A stretch of 44,708 nucleotides of DNA from the IMG/VR virus record IMGVR_UViG_2541047944_000003, positions 1-44,708 of that record. One strand, 5' to 3'. Source of the DNA: a virus (lineage: Duplodnaviria > Heunggongvirae > Uroviricota > Caudoviricetes). Both the position numbers and the translations under genes were made by a program. Below the pieces are notes generated by a model that was not told the DNA's origin, ran no database searches, and saw only the letters and a program-made list of their open reading frames with translations. This document shows, in pieces, positions 9,021 to 18,349 of this stretch (positions within the stretch are counted from its first letter, which is position 1; the number at the start of each line of letters is the position of its first letter).

Positions 9021-9131
9021 GTCCTTATTATTACGCTCTGTACTGGAACCATCCATGCACAATGTGTATTTTTATTTGTATTCGTAAAGTACATATTGTA
9101 TTTTTTTATTCGTGTTTACTATGGAGGGCAT
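9021..9131. promoter_or_regulatory. OR region with divergent promoters for cI and cro
   Basis: AT-rich 111-bp divergent intergenic region containing operator-like site at 9084-9102. Confidence 0.6.
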
Positions 9132-9347
9132 ATGAGCAACCTACGAAAATATCGAGAGTCACTGAATATCTCTCAAACAACACTTGCTAAGGCAGTTGGA
9201 TGCACACAGGGAGCTATCGGACATTGGGAATCTGGTCGTCGCTTCCCAGACCTTAAAACATGCCGTGCTCTTGTTGCGTGCCTAAACAAGTTAGGCGCAA
9301 AAGTCAGTCTTGATGACGTGTTCCCGCCGGAACACAAAGCCGCTTAA
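9132..9347 (+). CDS. cro: Cro-like HTH repressor (71 aa)
   Basis: HTH motif ISQTTLAKAVGCTQGAIGHWESG; GGAGGG RBS; divergent from cI. Confidence 0.75.
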   Translation: MSNLRKYRESLNISQTTLAKAVGCTQGAIGHWESGRRFPDLKTCRALVACLNKLGAKVSLDDVFPPEHKAA

Positions 9348-9357
9348 TAAGCGGATC

Positions 9358-9403
9358 CGCTCTTTGTAACAACGGACATTCGTCCTACGTCGCTGAAAAG
9401 CGA
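9358..9403 (+). promoter_or_regulatory. nutR candidate (boxA CGCTCTTTGTAACAAC, boxB hairpin TCGC-TGAAAA-GCGA)
   Basis: Immediately downstream of cro; same boxA core and TGAAAA loop as nutL. Confidence 0.55.
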
Positions 9404-9488
9404 GTTCCAAGATATCTGACCAACTAAGGCCATATGCGTTTCCACGCATACCTTTCAACTAACTATTCACTATTGGAAATCTTAAGAA

Positions 9489-9785
9489 ATGGAAAGAACA
9501 AGTTACAGCAAACTATCACAGCGTGACGTTGATCGCGCAGAAACAGATTTACTTATCAATCTGTCAGCTATTACCCAGCGCGGTCTGGCAAAGATGATTG
9601 GCTGTCATGAATCGAAGATAAGCAGAACGGACTGGAGATTTATTGCTTCGGTCTTGTGTGCTTTCGGGATGGCATCAGACATCAGTCCGATTAGCAGGGC
9701 TTTTAAGTATGCGCTTGATGGACTCACCAATAAAAAACGCCCGGCGGCAACCGAGCGTTCTGAACAAATCCAGATGGAATTCTGA
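9489..9785 (+). CDS. cII: CII-like transcriptional activator
   Basis: C-terminal 20 aa LTNKKRPAATERSEQIQMEF match lambda CII as remembered; N-terminal part differs. Confidence 0.8.
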   Translation: MERTSYSKLSQRDVDRAETDLLINLSAITQRGLAKMIGCHESKISRTDWRFIASVLCAFGMASDISPISRAFKYALDGLTNKKRPAATERSEQIQMEF

Positions 9786-9817
9786 GGTCATTACTGGATC
9801 AATCCACAGGAGTCATT

Positions 9818-10717
9818 ATGACAAATACAGCAAAAATACTCAACTTCTGCAGAGGTAACTTTGCCAAACAGGAGCGTAATGTGGCAGATCTCGATGATGG
9901 TTACGCCAGACTATCAAATATGCTGCTTGAGGCTTATTCAGGCGCAGATCTGACCAAGCGACAGTTTAAAGTGCTGCTTGCCATTCTGCGTAAAACCTAT
10001 GGATGGAATAAACCAATGGACAGAATCACCGATTCTCAACTTAGCGAGATTACAAAGTTACCCGTCAAACGGTGCAATGAAGCGAAGTTAGAACTCGTCA
10101 GAATGAATATTATCAAGCAGCAAGGCGGCATGTTTGGACCAAATAAAAACATCTCAGAATGGTGTATCCCTCAAAACGAGGGAAAATCCCCTAAAACGAG
10201 GGATAAAACATCCCTCAAATTGGGGGATTGCTATCCCTCAAAACAGGGGGACACAAAAGACACTATTACAAAAGAAAAAAGAAAAGATTATTCGTCAGAG
10301 AATTCTGGCGAATCCTCTGACCAGCCAGAAAACGACCTTTCTGTGGTGAAACCGGATGCTGCAATTCAGAGCGGCAGCAAGTGGGGGACAGCAGAAGACC
10401 TGACCGCCGCAGAATGGATGTTTGACATGGTGAAGACCATCGCGCCATCAGCCAGAAAACCGAATTTTGCAGGGTGGGCTAACGATATCCGCCTGATGCG
10501 TGAACGTGACGGACGTAACCATCGCGACATGTGTGTACTGTTCCGCTGGGCATGCCAGGACAACTTCTGGTCCGGTAACGTGCTGAGCCCGGCCAAACTC
10601 CGCGACAAGTGGACCCAGCTCGAAATCAACCGTAACAAGCAACAGGCAGGTGTGACAGCCTGCAAACCAAAACTCGACCTGACAAACACTGACTGGATTT
10701 ACGGGGTGGATTTATGA
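9818..10717 (+). CDS. O: replication initiator O (lambda-type)
   Basis: Near-identical to lambda O as remembered (MTNTAKILNF...TDWIYGVDL); contains ori iterons. Confidence 0.95.
   Translation: MTNTAKILNFCRGNFAKQERNVADLDDGYARLSNMLLEAYSGADLTKRQFKVLLAILRKTYGWNKPMDRITDSQLSEITKLPVKRCNEAKLELVRMNIIKQQGGMFGPNKNISEWCIPQNEGKSPKTRDKTSLKLGDCYPSKQGDTKDTITKEKRKDYSSENSGESSDQPENDLSVVKPDAAIQSGSKWGTAEDLTAAEWMFDMVKTIAPSARKPNFAGWANDIRLMRERDGRNHRDMCVLFRWACQDNFWSGNVLSPAKLRDKWTQLEINRNKQQAGVTACKPKLDLTNTDWIYGVDL
10166..10290. repeat. ori-lambda iterons (four ~18-bp repeats) plus adjacent AT-rich tract
   Basis: Repeats TCCCTCAAAACGAGGGA / TCCCCTAAAACGAGGGA / TCCCTCAAATTGGGGGA / TCCCTCAAAACAGGGGGA inside O, followed by AAAGAAAAAAGAAAAG. 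Confidence 0.85.
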
Positions 10718-11424
10718 AAAACATCGCCGCACAGATGGTTAATTTTGACCGTGAGCAGATGCGTCGGATCGCCAACAACATGCCGGAACAGTACGACGAA
10801 AAGCCGCAGGTACAGCAGGTAGCGCAGATCATCAACGGTGTGTTCAGCCAGTTACTGGCAACTTTCCCGGCGAGCCTGGCTAACCGTGACCAGAACGAAC
10901 TGAACGAAATCCGCCGCCAGTGGGTGCTGGCTTTTCGGGAAAACGGGATCACCACAATGGAACAGGTTAACGCTGGAATGCGCGTAGCCCGTCGGCAGAA
11001 TCGACCATTCCTGCCATCACCCGGGCAGTTTGTCGCCTGGTGCCGGGAAGAAGCATCCGTTACCGCCGGGCTGCCAAACGCCAGCGAGCTGGTTGATATG
11101 GTTTACGAGTATTGCCGGAAGCGTGGCCTGTATCCGGACGCAGAGTCTTATCCATGGAAATCAAACGCGCACTACTGGTTGGTTACCAACCTGTACCAGA
11201 ACATGCGGGCCAATGCGTTGACTGACGCGGAATTACGGCGCAAGGCTGCCGATGAACTGGCCTGTATGACCGCGCGAATTAACCGTGGTGAGGCGATCCC
11301 TGAACCGGTGAAACAACTTCCTGTCATGGGCGGCAGGCCGCTTAATCGTGTTCAGAGCTTGGAAAAAATTAAACAATTGCGTGCTAAACATGGATTATGT
11401 AGAGGGAAAAGGTTTAGTGGATGA
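10714..11424 (+). CDS. P: replication protein P (DnaB helicase loader)
   Basis: Near-identical to lambda P as remembered up to about residue 205; last ~30 aa differ. Confidence 0.9.
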   Translation: MKNIAAQMVNFDREQMRRIANNMPEQYDEKPQVQQVAQIINGVFSQLLATFPASLANRDQNELNEIRRQWVLAFRENGITTMEQVNAGMRVARRQNRPFLPSPGQFVAWCREEASVTAGLPNASELVDMVYEYCRKRGLYPDAESYPWKSNAHYWLVTNLYQNMRANALTDAELRRKAADELACMTARINRGEAIPEPVKQLPVMGGRPLNRVQSLEKIKQLRAKHGLCRGKRFSG

Positions 11425-11469
11425 AAGTAATGAGGTGATTTCCTTCTCTCCCACACTTCAAAAGATAGA

Positions 11470-11500
11470 GTTTATTATTTGAATTTACTATAATTTACTG
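11470..11500 (+). promoter_or_regulatory. putative promoter of the low-GC cassette
   Basis: Perfect TATAAT at 11488-11493 in AT-rich DNA about 55 bp upstream of the ATG; -35 element not clear. Confidence 0.3.
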
Positions 11501-11547
11501 ATAAAACAAAAGAATTGTAGAGCAATTTTCATTTGAGGATGAAGTAA

Positions 11548-13194
11548 ATGTGTGAAACCTATATTTTTAGGTTCCGTGACCTAGGAAAAAGTGAAGGATT
11601 TACCATCGAACAACACAATAACATTGCTCGCCAAGAAGGGAATGTTTGGTGGGGGTGGTGGGCTAAATCTGGTGAGCGTTTCCCATCACTGGAACTAAAA
11701 AATGCGGCAGAAAAAAATAAACAAATATATTTTTTTGATTCAGGGCGGCTTAAATTTTATACCGCTGTATTAAAGGATACTTGCTCGTCAGCTTTAGGGG
11801 ATATAAAAAAACAATCTCCTAAGGATGGTCGCAGAACCCCAGCATATTATAATGAGAATGAGTTGCTGGGATGGTTAAATGTTTCTGAGATTACAGAAAT
11901 TGATGCTTGTGATATCCTCAGAAAATTCACATATATTCCATTGGATGCATTGTTTGCAGGTAATAAAGATTTAGATGAGCAACTTTTCAACAAAATTGTC
12001 TTTTCTTCAGCTGAATTAAAAAAACAAGATAGAACTATTTGGAAGATTAGACCTGCAAATGATAAAGATTTACAGCATGAGTCATTAGCATCTCATTATG
12101 TTCCTTATAATTTCAGTCGGAAGTATAGCCAAAAAAAAGGGGAGTTTATAATTTGGCTTTCGGATATTCATTTTGATGGCGGAAATGGGAAACATGCATT
12201 TCCGACACAAGATAATGATCAGCTAAAATGTTTATCCTCTCGAGTGGTGGAGTTGGCTGGAAAATATAATAATGGGAGTAAATGTGCTGGGTTGGCTATT
12301 TCAGGTGATTTGACGTGGCAGTCACAGAAAGAGGGATTCAAGCAAGCTTTGAATTTTATCAAAGATGTTAGTTCTTCTCTTAGCCTGACAACGGATGATA
12401 TAATTATTTGTCCTGGGAATCACGATGTAGGTCTGGTTTCTAAAGATGAGTACTTTAAAATCGTGGGTAAGCCTGTAACGGATAAACCATGGAAAATTCT
12501 GGCGGAAAACTACCATAGAGAAAGTAAACTTAATTATATAAAATTTTATCGAGATTTTTTTCAAAGGGAACCTGAAGAAAATTTATCACAAGGAAGGAAA
12601 TTTTTACTAGGTGGCCATAAAGTTGTTGAAATAGCCGCATTGAACTCATGCGTATTACAACAAGTAAAAGATTCATTTTTGGGCATGGGATTTGTCGGTG
12701 AGCAACAACTCAGTGATGTTGCAAAATCTATGGGATGGATGAATGATAGCGGAGGTGATATACTCAAAAAGAAAGGTGTTATAAGAATTGCTATGCTTCA
12801 CCATCACCTAACTTCTATTAATGAAGTTGAAGATGCCTATCTTGATTCAAGATATAGTGTAACATTAGATGCAGAGCGATTATTACGTTGGGTAGTAAGG
12901 CATAAAGTTGATTATATTCTGCATGGTCATATGCACAGAAGTAGTTCTATTACAATAACAAAAAAACTATCTCCGTTAGAACCAGTGACGGATTCAAATC
13001 CTGAACATACATTCCAAATTGTTTCTTTGGGAAGTTCAGGAGTTGTTAGTTCGGAATTGCCAAGTCAGGATTGTGCTAACTATGCATGCGTACTGGATTT
13101 TTCTGGCGAAAAGCTAACTTTTAATTTTTTCAAGCTTGATAAACAGAGCGGAGAAAAAGTGGCGGCTACTTATATTGTTGAAGGTTTATTATGA
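11548..13194 (+). CDS. calcineurin-like metallophosphoesterase with unknown ~190-aa N-terminal domain (548 aa)
   Basis: Ordered motifs SDIHFDGG (DxH), ISGDLTW (GD), CPGNHD (GNHD), MLHHH, LHGHMH (GHxH); GAGGA RBS; AT-rich. Confidence 0.7.
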   Translation: MCETYIFRFRDLGKSEGFTIEQHNNIARQEGNVWWGWWAKSGERFPSLELKNAAEKNKQIYFFDSGRLKFYTAVLKDTCSSALGDIKKQSPKDGRRTPAYYNENELLGWLNVSEITEIDACDILRKFTYIPLDALFAGNKDLDEQLFNKIVFSSAELKKQDRTIWKIRPANDKDLQHESLASHYVPYNFSRKYSQKKGEFIIWLSDIHFDGGNGKHAFPTQDNDQLKCLSSRVVELAGKYNNGSKCAGLAISGDLTWQSQKEGFKQALNFIKDVSSSLSLTTDDIIICPGNHDVGLVSKDEYFKIVGKPVTDKPWKILAENYHRESKLNYIKFYRDFFQREPEENLSQGRKFLLGGHKVVEIAALNSCVLQQVKDSFLGMGFVGEQQLSDVAKSMGWMNDSGGDILKKKGVIRIAMLHHHLTSINEVEDAYLDSRYSVTLDAERLLRWVVRHKVDYILHGHMHRSSSITITKKLSPLEPVTDSNPEHTFQIVSLGSSGVVSSELPSQDCANYACVLDFSGEKLTFNFFKLDKQSGEKVAATYIVEGLL

Positions 13195-14027
13195 AATTAC
13201 TTATTACTGATTTGGATAATACACTGTACGATTGGGTGAGTTTTTACTCCCAGTCATTTAGTGCCATGGCAGAGCAATTATCTAAGGATATTGATGTGCC
13301 TTTGGATACGCTCCTGTCAGAATATAAAACCATTCATCAGAAGTTTGGTAACTCAGAAAAACCATTTGCTACTTTAGAGCTACCATCTGTGATATCTTAC
13401 TTTGGAACTAATGATAAAACGATTTTGCAGGAAAAACTTACTAATGTTTTTCAGGCGTTTAGCACAAAACGTAACCAGACATTAATGTTGTATCCTACTG
13501 TAAAAGAAACGCTGGAATTATTGAAGAAACGGGGGGTAAAAATTGTAGGGCATACTGAAGCTTTGGAGTTTAATTCTTTATATCGTCTGAATAAGCTTGG
13601 TATAATTGATTTTTTTGATCATCTTTATACATTGGAAGATATTCATAATATCCACCCGAATCCCAAAAATGCGAAAAAAATACCTGTGAAGGATGACTTT
13701 GTAATTAGATTGTCCTGCGCTGAGTCAAAGCCAAACCCTAAATTGCTTGAGCACATATGTTCTTTTGAAGGAGTTAGTGTTGAAGATGCGGTATACATTG
13801 GCGATTCTATAACTAAAGATATGTCCATGGCTAAAGCTGTGGGGGTTACTGCTGTTTGGGCTAATTATGGGCGACAGTTTTCACCTGAATTGTGGAAAGT
13901 TTTAGTGAAAATCACACACTGGAAAGATGCAGATGTGGAGAGGGAGGAACAACTTAGAAAAGCATTCTCCAATGTTAGACCTGATTATGTTGTTAATAGT
14001 TTTTCAGAGCTGCTGAATTTGAAATGA
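13191..14027 (+). CDS. HAD-superfamily phosphatase/hydrolase (278 aa)
   Basis: Motif I LITDLDNT (DxDxT), motif IV IGDSITKD; ATGA start/stop overlap with upstream gene. Confidence 0.7.
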   Translation: MKLLITDLDNTLYDWVSFYSQSFSAMAEQLSKDIDVPLDTLLSEYKTIHQKFGNSEKPFATLELPSVISYFGTNDKTILQEKLTNVFQAFSTKRNQTLMLYPTVKETLELLKKRGVKIVGHTEALEFNSLYRLNKLGIIDFFDHLYTLEDIHNIHPNPKNAKKIPVKDDFVIRLSCAESKPNPKLLEHICSFEGVSVEDAVYIGDSITKDMSMAKAVGVTAVWANYGRQFSPELWKVLVKITHWKDADVEREEQLRKAFSNVRPDYVVNSFSELLNLK

Positions 14028-14559
14028 GCATGTGCAGGCTCTAAATTTTTAATGATTTGGAGCTCTTTATGGGGTTGTTTTTTAATTTGGTGATTTTTCC
14101 CAATGTTGAGATGTTGTTGAACTCGTGAGTTATATTTAACGTATTTGATGTTAATGAAATAATAATATCACAATGCAAGCTCCCTGCATTTTCTTGTAGG
14201 GGCATGCTATTTAGAATAAGCTTATGGTCAAGATTAAATTATGAACTGCTATTTTGATGGGCTGTTTATTATCTTGGGGTTGTTTTCTTTTTGAGTTTTT
14301 ATGGTTGAGATGAACGTTTGTTAAATGTTTTAATACCCTTTGTTACAACATTCATCATTTTACTGTTTACTATCATGATGTTAGACTGAAATTATTAATT
14401 TGTGAAACTAATCATCTAATTTAACAATACAAAATTGAGATCCAATAATCAAAATGCCATAATAATGTCATCGGAGCCTGAACAACTCCGGTGACTTCTG
14501 CGCTAAACGGGGACGTTTATGCGCACACACAATCCAAACTCACTTCTTCCGTCACAGAT

Positions 14560-14583
14560 GCAGAAATGCACCTGCGTTTTTTT
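14560..14583 (+). terminator. weak intrinsic terminator candidate upstream of ybcN
   Basis: Short GCAG...CTGC stem followed by GTTTTTTT. Confidence 0.3.
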
Positions 14584-14616
14584 GCATCCAGCGTTTGACC
14601 TCTGCGGAGGTGAATC

Positions 14617-15072
14617 GTGAACCTCCTACAAGATGGCATCAAATTGCATCGTGGTAACTTCACCGCTATCGGTCAGCAGATCCAGCCTTATCTGGAGGAC
14701 GGCAAATGCTTTCGCATGGTGCTTAAACCGTGGCGCGAGAGACGCAGTCTTTCCCAGAATGCACTTAGCCACATGTGGTACAGCGAAATCAGTGAATACC
14801 TCATAAGCAGGGGGAAATCGTTCGCTACTGCAGCATGGGTAAAAGATGCTCTCAAACACACTTATCTCGGTTATGAAACCAAAGAACTGGTTGATGTCGT
14901 AACCGGTGAAATCACCACCATTCAGTCATTACGTCATACCTCCGATCTCGATACCGGAGAGATGTATGTCTTCCTGTGTAAGGTTGAAGCCTGGGCGATG
15001 AATATTGGCTGCCACCTGACTATTCCGCAGAGCTGCGAGTTCCAGCTGCTGCGCGACAAGCAGGAGGCGTAA
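14617..15072 (+). CDS. ybcN: YbcN-like protein (DLP12 nin-region protein)
   Basis: 151-aa product matching DLP12 YbcN as remembered; GTG start after GGAGG. Confidence 0.6.
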   Translation: MNLLQDGIKLHRGNFTAIGQQIQPYLEDGKCFRMVLKPWRERRSLSQNALSHMWYSEISEYLISRGKSFATAAWVKDALKHTYLGYETKELVDVVTGEITTIQSLRHTSDLDTGEMYVFLCKVEAWAMNIGCHLTIPQSCEFQLLRDKQEA

Positions 15073-15242
15073 TGGCTACACCGCTTATTCGTGTCATGAA
15101 CGGACACATCTACAGAGTACCAAATCGTCGTAAGCGTAAACCGGAGCTGAAGCCTTCCGAAATACCAACACTGCTCGGATATACCGCCAGCCTGGTTGAT
15201 AAAAAATGGTTGCGACTGGCAGCAAGGAGGAATCATGGCTGA
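15072..15242 (+). CDS. ninE: NinE-like small protein (56 aa)
   Basis: Small basic ORF ([25 protein letters not shown]...) translated by hand between ybcN and ybcO; stop overlaps ybcO start. Confidence 0.4.
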   Translation: MATPLIRVMNGHIYRVPNRRKRKPELKPSEIPTLLGYTASLVDKKWLRLAARRNHG

Positions 15243-15525
15243 TTTGAGAAAAGCAGCGCGTAGTCGGGAATGCCAGGTAAGAATCCCTGGCGTATGTAAT
15301 GGCAATCCTGAAACGTCAGTACTGGCACATATCCGGCTGGCTGGATTGTGCGGCACCGGTATCAAACCGCCAGACCTGATTGCCACCATTGCATGTTCTG
15401 CCTGCCACGACGAAATCGACCGTCGCACGCATTTTGTTGACGCTGGATATGCAAAAGAATGTGCGCTGGAAGGTATGGCGAGAACACAGGTTATCTGGCT
15501 GAAAGAGGGGGTAATTAAGGCGTGA
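15235..15525 (+). CDS. ybcO: DUF1364-family protein YbcO
   Basis: [37 protein letters not shown]... with four Cys; AGGAGG RBS. Confidence 0.65.
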   Translation: MADLRKAARSRECQVRIPGVCNGNPETSVLAHIRLAGLCGTGIKPPDLIATIACSACHDEIDRRTHFVDAGYAKECALEGMARTQVIWLKEGVIKA

Positions 15526-15884
15526 ATACTTACTGCATCACACTACCCTGGCCGCCGAGCAATAATCGCTATTACCGCCATAATCGCGGACGCACGCATA
15601 TCAGCGCAGAGGGGCAGGCATACCGCGATAATGTCGCCCGAATCATTAAAAACGCAATGCTGGATATCGGCCTGGCTATTCCTGTGAAAATCAGCATTGA
15701 GTGCCACATGCCGGATCGCCGTCGCCGTGACCTTGATAATCTGCAAAAGGCCGCTTTTGACGCACTCACCAAAGCAGGTTTCTGGCTGGATGATGCTCAG
15801 GTCGTTGATTACCGCGTTGTGAAGATGCCCGTTACCAAAGGTGGGAAGCTAGAGCTGACTATCACTGAACTGGGAGATGAATGA
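15522..15884 (+). CDS. rusA: Holliday junction resolvase RusA
   Basis: 120-aa product matching DLP12 RusA as remembered ([23 protein letters not shown]...). Confidence 0.85.
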   Translation: MNTYCITLPWPPSNNRYYRHNRGRTHISAEGQAYRDNVARIIKNAMLDIGLAIPVKISIECHMPDRRRRDLDNLQKAAFDALTKAGFWLDDAQVVDYRVVKMPVTKGGKLELTITELGDE

Positions 15885-16021
15885 TGTTTGAGTCTTATAT
15901 GGCAGAACGTCTTCGCCGCCGCTGGGTGCGCCTGCGCTTATATCGTTTTCCTGGTTCTGTTTTGACCGATTACCGGATACTGAAGAATTACGCCAAAACA
16001 CTGAAAGGAGCATGTGTATGA
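15881..16021 (+). CDS. ylcG: YlcG-like small protein (46 aa)
   Basis: [41 protein letters not shown]..., ATGA overlap with rusA stop. Confidence 0.6.
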   Translation: MMFESYMAERLRRRWVRLRLYRFPGSVLTDYRILKNYAKTLKGACV

Positions 16022-16106
16022 AGTCAGAGATAACAATCGACTAATACTGTTTTGTTGATTTTTGCTTGTAATTGGCGTTCTGGCCTAATTTTTGTGGAGT
16101 AAGTTG

Positions 16107-16490
16107 ATGCGTGATGTTCAGATGGTTCTTGAGCGTTGGGGGGCGTGGGCAGCTAATAATCATGAAGATGTGACCTGGTCGTCCATTGCTGCCGGTTTTA
16201 AGGGATTAATTCCTTCAAAAGTAAAATCTCGCCCGCAATGTTGTGACGATGACGCGATGATCATTTGCGGGTGCATGGCCCGTCTGAAAAAGAACAACAG
16301 CGATTTACACGATTTATTAGTAGATTATTATGTATGTGGTATGACATTCATGTCACTGGCAAGTAAGCATTGCTGCTCGGATGGTTATATCGGGAAAAGG
16401 TTACAGAAGGCTGAGGGCATAATTGAAGGGATGTTAATGGCATTAGATATCCGGTTAGATATGGATATCGTTGCTAATAATTCTAATTGA
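16107..16490 (+). CDS. Q: late-gene antiterminator Q (QuuD-like)
   Basis: [25 protein letters not shown]... with Cys cluster [12 protein letters not shown], matching DLP12 QuuD as remembered. Confidence 0.8.
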   Translation: MRDVQMVLERWGAWAANNHEDVTWSSIAAGFKGLIPSKVKSRPQCCDDDAMIICGCMARLKKNNSDLHDLLVDYYVCGMTFMSLASKHCCSDGYIGKRLQKAEGIIEGMLMALDIRLDMDIVANNSN

Positions 16491-16514
16491 TATGCAATTA
16501 TTTACTAAAAGTTA

Positions 16515-16541
16515 TTAAAAATGGGGCGTGGAAACGCCCCC
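16515..16541 (-). terminator. intrinsic terminator candidate for the porin gene
   Basis: Hairpin GGGGCG-tggaaa-CGCCCC with a T-run on the minus strand. Confidence 0.45.
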
Positions 16542-16627
16542 AAAGTAAAGGGTAATATATAACAGAAGGTTTATATAGTAAGAAGCAAGGTAGTGCTTCT
16601 AAAGGAAGTGGCTTGAGGGCTCCACTT

Positions 16628-16668
16628 ATATGTTGCGGAGGCAAAGCCTCCCGCAACATATCTTTTTC
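16628..16668 (+). terminator. strong intrinsic terminator downstream of Q (tR'-like candidate)
   Basis: Long hairpin ATATGTTGCGGAGG-caaag-CCTCCCGCAACATAT followed by CTTTTT. Confidence 0.6.
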
Positions 16669-16678
16669 GTAAGTCAGA

Positions 16679-17761
16679 TTAGAACTGATAAACCAGACCT
16701 ACAGCGACGATGTCGTCGGTATCAATACCAGCTGTTTTGGTAAACTTACTATCGTCAATTAAGTTGATTTTGTAATCAACAAAAGTGGACATGTTTTTAT
16801 TAAAGTAGTAAGTAGCACCGACATCGACATACTTGACTAAGTCTCGGTCACCATGAACACCAAGGTCTTTACCTTTTGACTGAAGGTAAGCAACAGATGG
16901 GCGCAGACCGAAGTCAAACTGATATTGTGCTACTGCTTCAAAGTTTTGTGCTTTGTTTGCAATATGGTTATTACCAAAAACGGTCATATTCTGAGTTTCA
17001 GAATATGTGGTAGCCAGATAGATATTGTTCGCATCATATTTCAGGCCTGCAGCCCATACTTCCGCATTTTTGCCGGAGGCATTGAATTTGCTCTTACCAT
17101 AGGCGACCTGACCGTCAGTGCGATCTGATTTAGCATAGGTTGCACCCACGCCGAATCCTTCATACTCATAAGTAGTGGAGAAACCGAAACCATCACCATT
17201 GGCTTCAGTTACGTCAGTGCGGTCATTTTTACCCTGATACTGAGCAGCAAAGTTCAGGCCATCGACCAGACCAAAGAAGTCGTTGTTACGATAAGTTGCA
17301 ACACCAGTAGTGCGACCAGTCATGAACACATCTGTTTGGGTCCAGGTATCACCACCGAATTCTGGCAGAACGTCAGTCCACGCACCGATGTCGTATGCTA
17401 CACCGTAGTTACGGCCGTAATCGATTGAGCCGTAATCACCAAATTTCAGGCCTGCAAATGCAAGACGGGTTTTGTCTTTGGAAGAACCTTGAGATTCAGC
17501 ACGGTTGCCTTTGAATTCATATTCCCACTGACCGAAACCAGTCAGTTGATCGTTGATTTGGGTTTCACCTTTGAAGCCAAGACGGGCATAAGTAGTATCA
17601 CCATCATCTGCATCATTAGAGGAGAAGTAGTGCTTGGCATTAACTTTCCCGTATAGATCCAGCTTGTTACTGTCTTTATTATAAATTTCAGCTGCCTGAG
17701 CAGACATCGCCATCAGTACTGATGCAGCTACAGCAGAAATTGCCACTGTTAATTTTTTCAT
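16679..17761 (-). CDS. nmpC: OmpC-family outer membrane porin (NmpC/Lc-like)
   Basis: Signal peptide [39 protein letters not shown] start and C-terminal VGLVYQF typical of enterobacterial general porins; intact, no IS interruption. Confidence 0.85.
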   Translation of the reverse strand: MKKLTVAISAVAASVLMAMSAQAAEIYNKDSNKLDLYGKVNAKHYFSSNDADDGDTTYARLGFKGETQINDQLTGFGQWEYEFKGNRAESQGSSKDKTRLAFAGLKFGDYGSIDYGRNYGVAYDIGAWTDVLPEFGGDTWTQTDVFMTGRTTGVATYRNNDFFGLVDGLNFAAQYQGKNDRTDVTEANGDGFGFSTTYEYEGFGVGATYAKSDRTDGQVAYGKSKFNASGKNAEVWAAGLKYDANNIYLATTYSETQNMTVFGNNHIANKAQNFEAVAQYQFDFGLRPSVAYLQSKGKDLGVHGDRDLVKYVDVGATYYFNKNMSTFVDYKINLIDDSKFTKTAGIDTDDIVAVGLVYQF

Positions 17762-18187
17762 TGTACGCCCTTTTTTTGAACTATTATTAAAAAATGATGT
17801 CACTGCGCGATAAATATTCATCTAATCAATGTGATTATTTCAAGATGTAAGTTTTAGTTTCTCATTTAATTTGTGAAGTAGATCTCTATTTTTATCTGAA
17901 CCTTTTCTATCTAATCCTATTCATGGCTCTTGTTTGAACGAAAATAAATCTATTAGCTAATTTATATTAATGGCACTTATTTATAAGCACTCTATAATTC
18001 TTTAGCTTAATTTAAACAAACTAAAAATAACATCGGAAATTATTCATTGGTTATTTGTTGAAGTTTTCTTATGTATTTGTGGTGGTGTTTTGAACACTCG
18101 GTGGCATTCTCACAAATATCATTTAGTAGTTTACGTACGTAAAAAATTGGTTATGCTGTTAAGAGTGGTTACTTCGTCACACAGCTT

Positions 18188-18220
18188 AAACCCGCCGTCG
18201 AGCGGGTTTTTCCATTTTTT
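18188..18220 (+). terminator. intrinsic terminator candidate upstream of the lysis cassette
   Basis: Hairpin AAACCCGC-cgtcga-GCGGGTTT followed by TTCCATTTTTT. Confidence 0.5.
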
Positions 18221-18349
18221 GAGTCTCGATATTAGCTGATAACCCAATACCTGAGTTATTCACTGACTCCGAATCTGTTACGTTTCTGCCTTTATTGCGA
18301 TACGTAGTATCCCCTTAATTTACACCCGCTTTGTCTGCGAGGTGGGGTT

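Noticed and set aside
10166-10252. Short direct repeats that could be mistaken for a CRISPR array
   Set aside because: Only four ~18-bp iterons, inside the O coding sequence and matching ori-lambda; no spacers or cas genes.
14028-14616. Possible tRNA or tmRNA in the AT-rich non-coding region
   Set aside because: No cloverleaf-compatible acceptor/T-arm pairing found by eye; would need tRNAscan to exclude fully.
16925-17128. 67-aa plus-strand ORF
   Set aside because: Antisense to the porin gene; no RBS.
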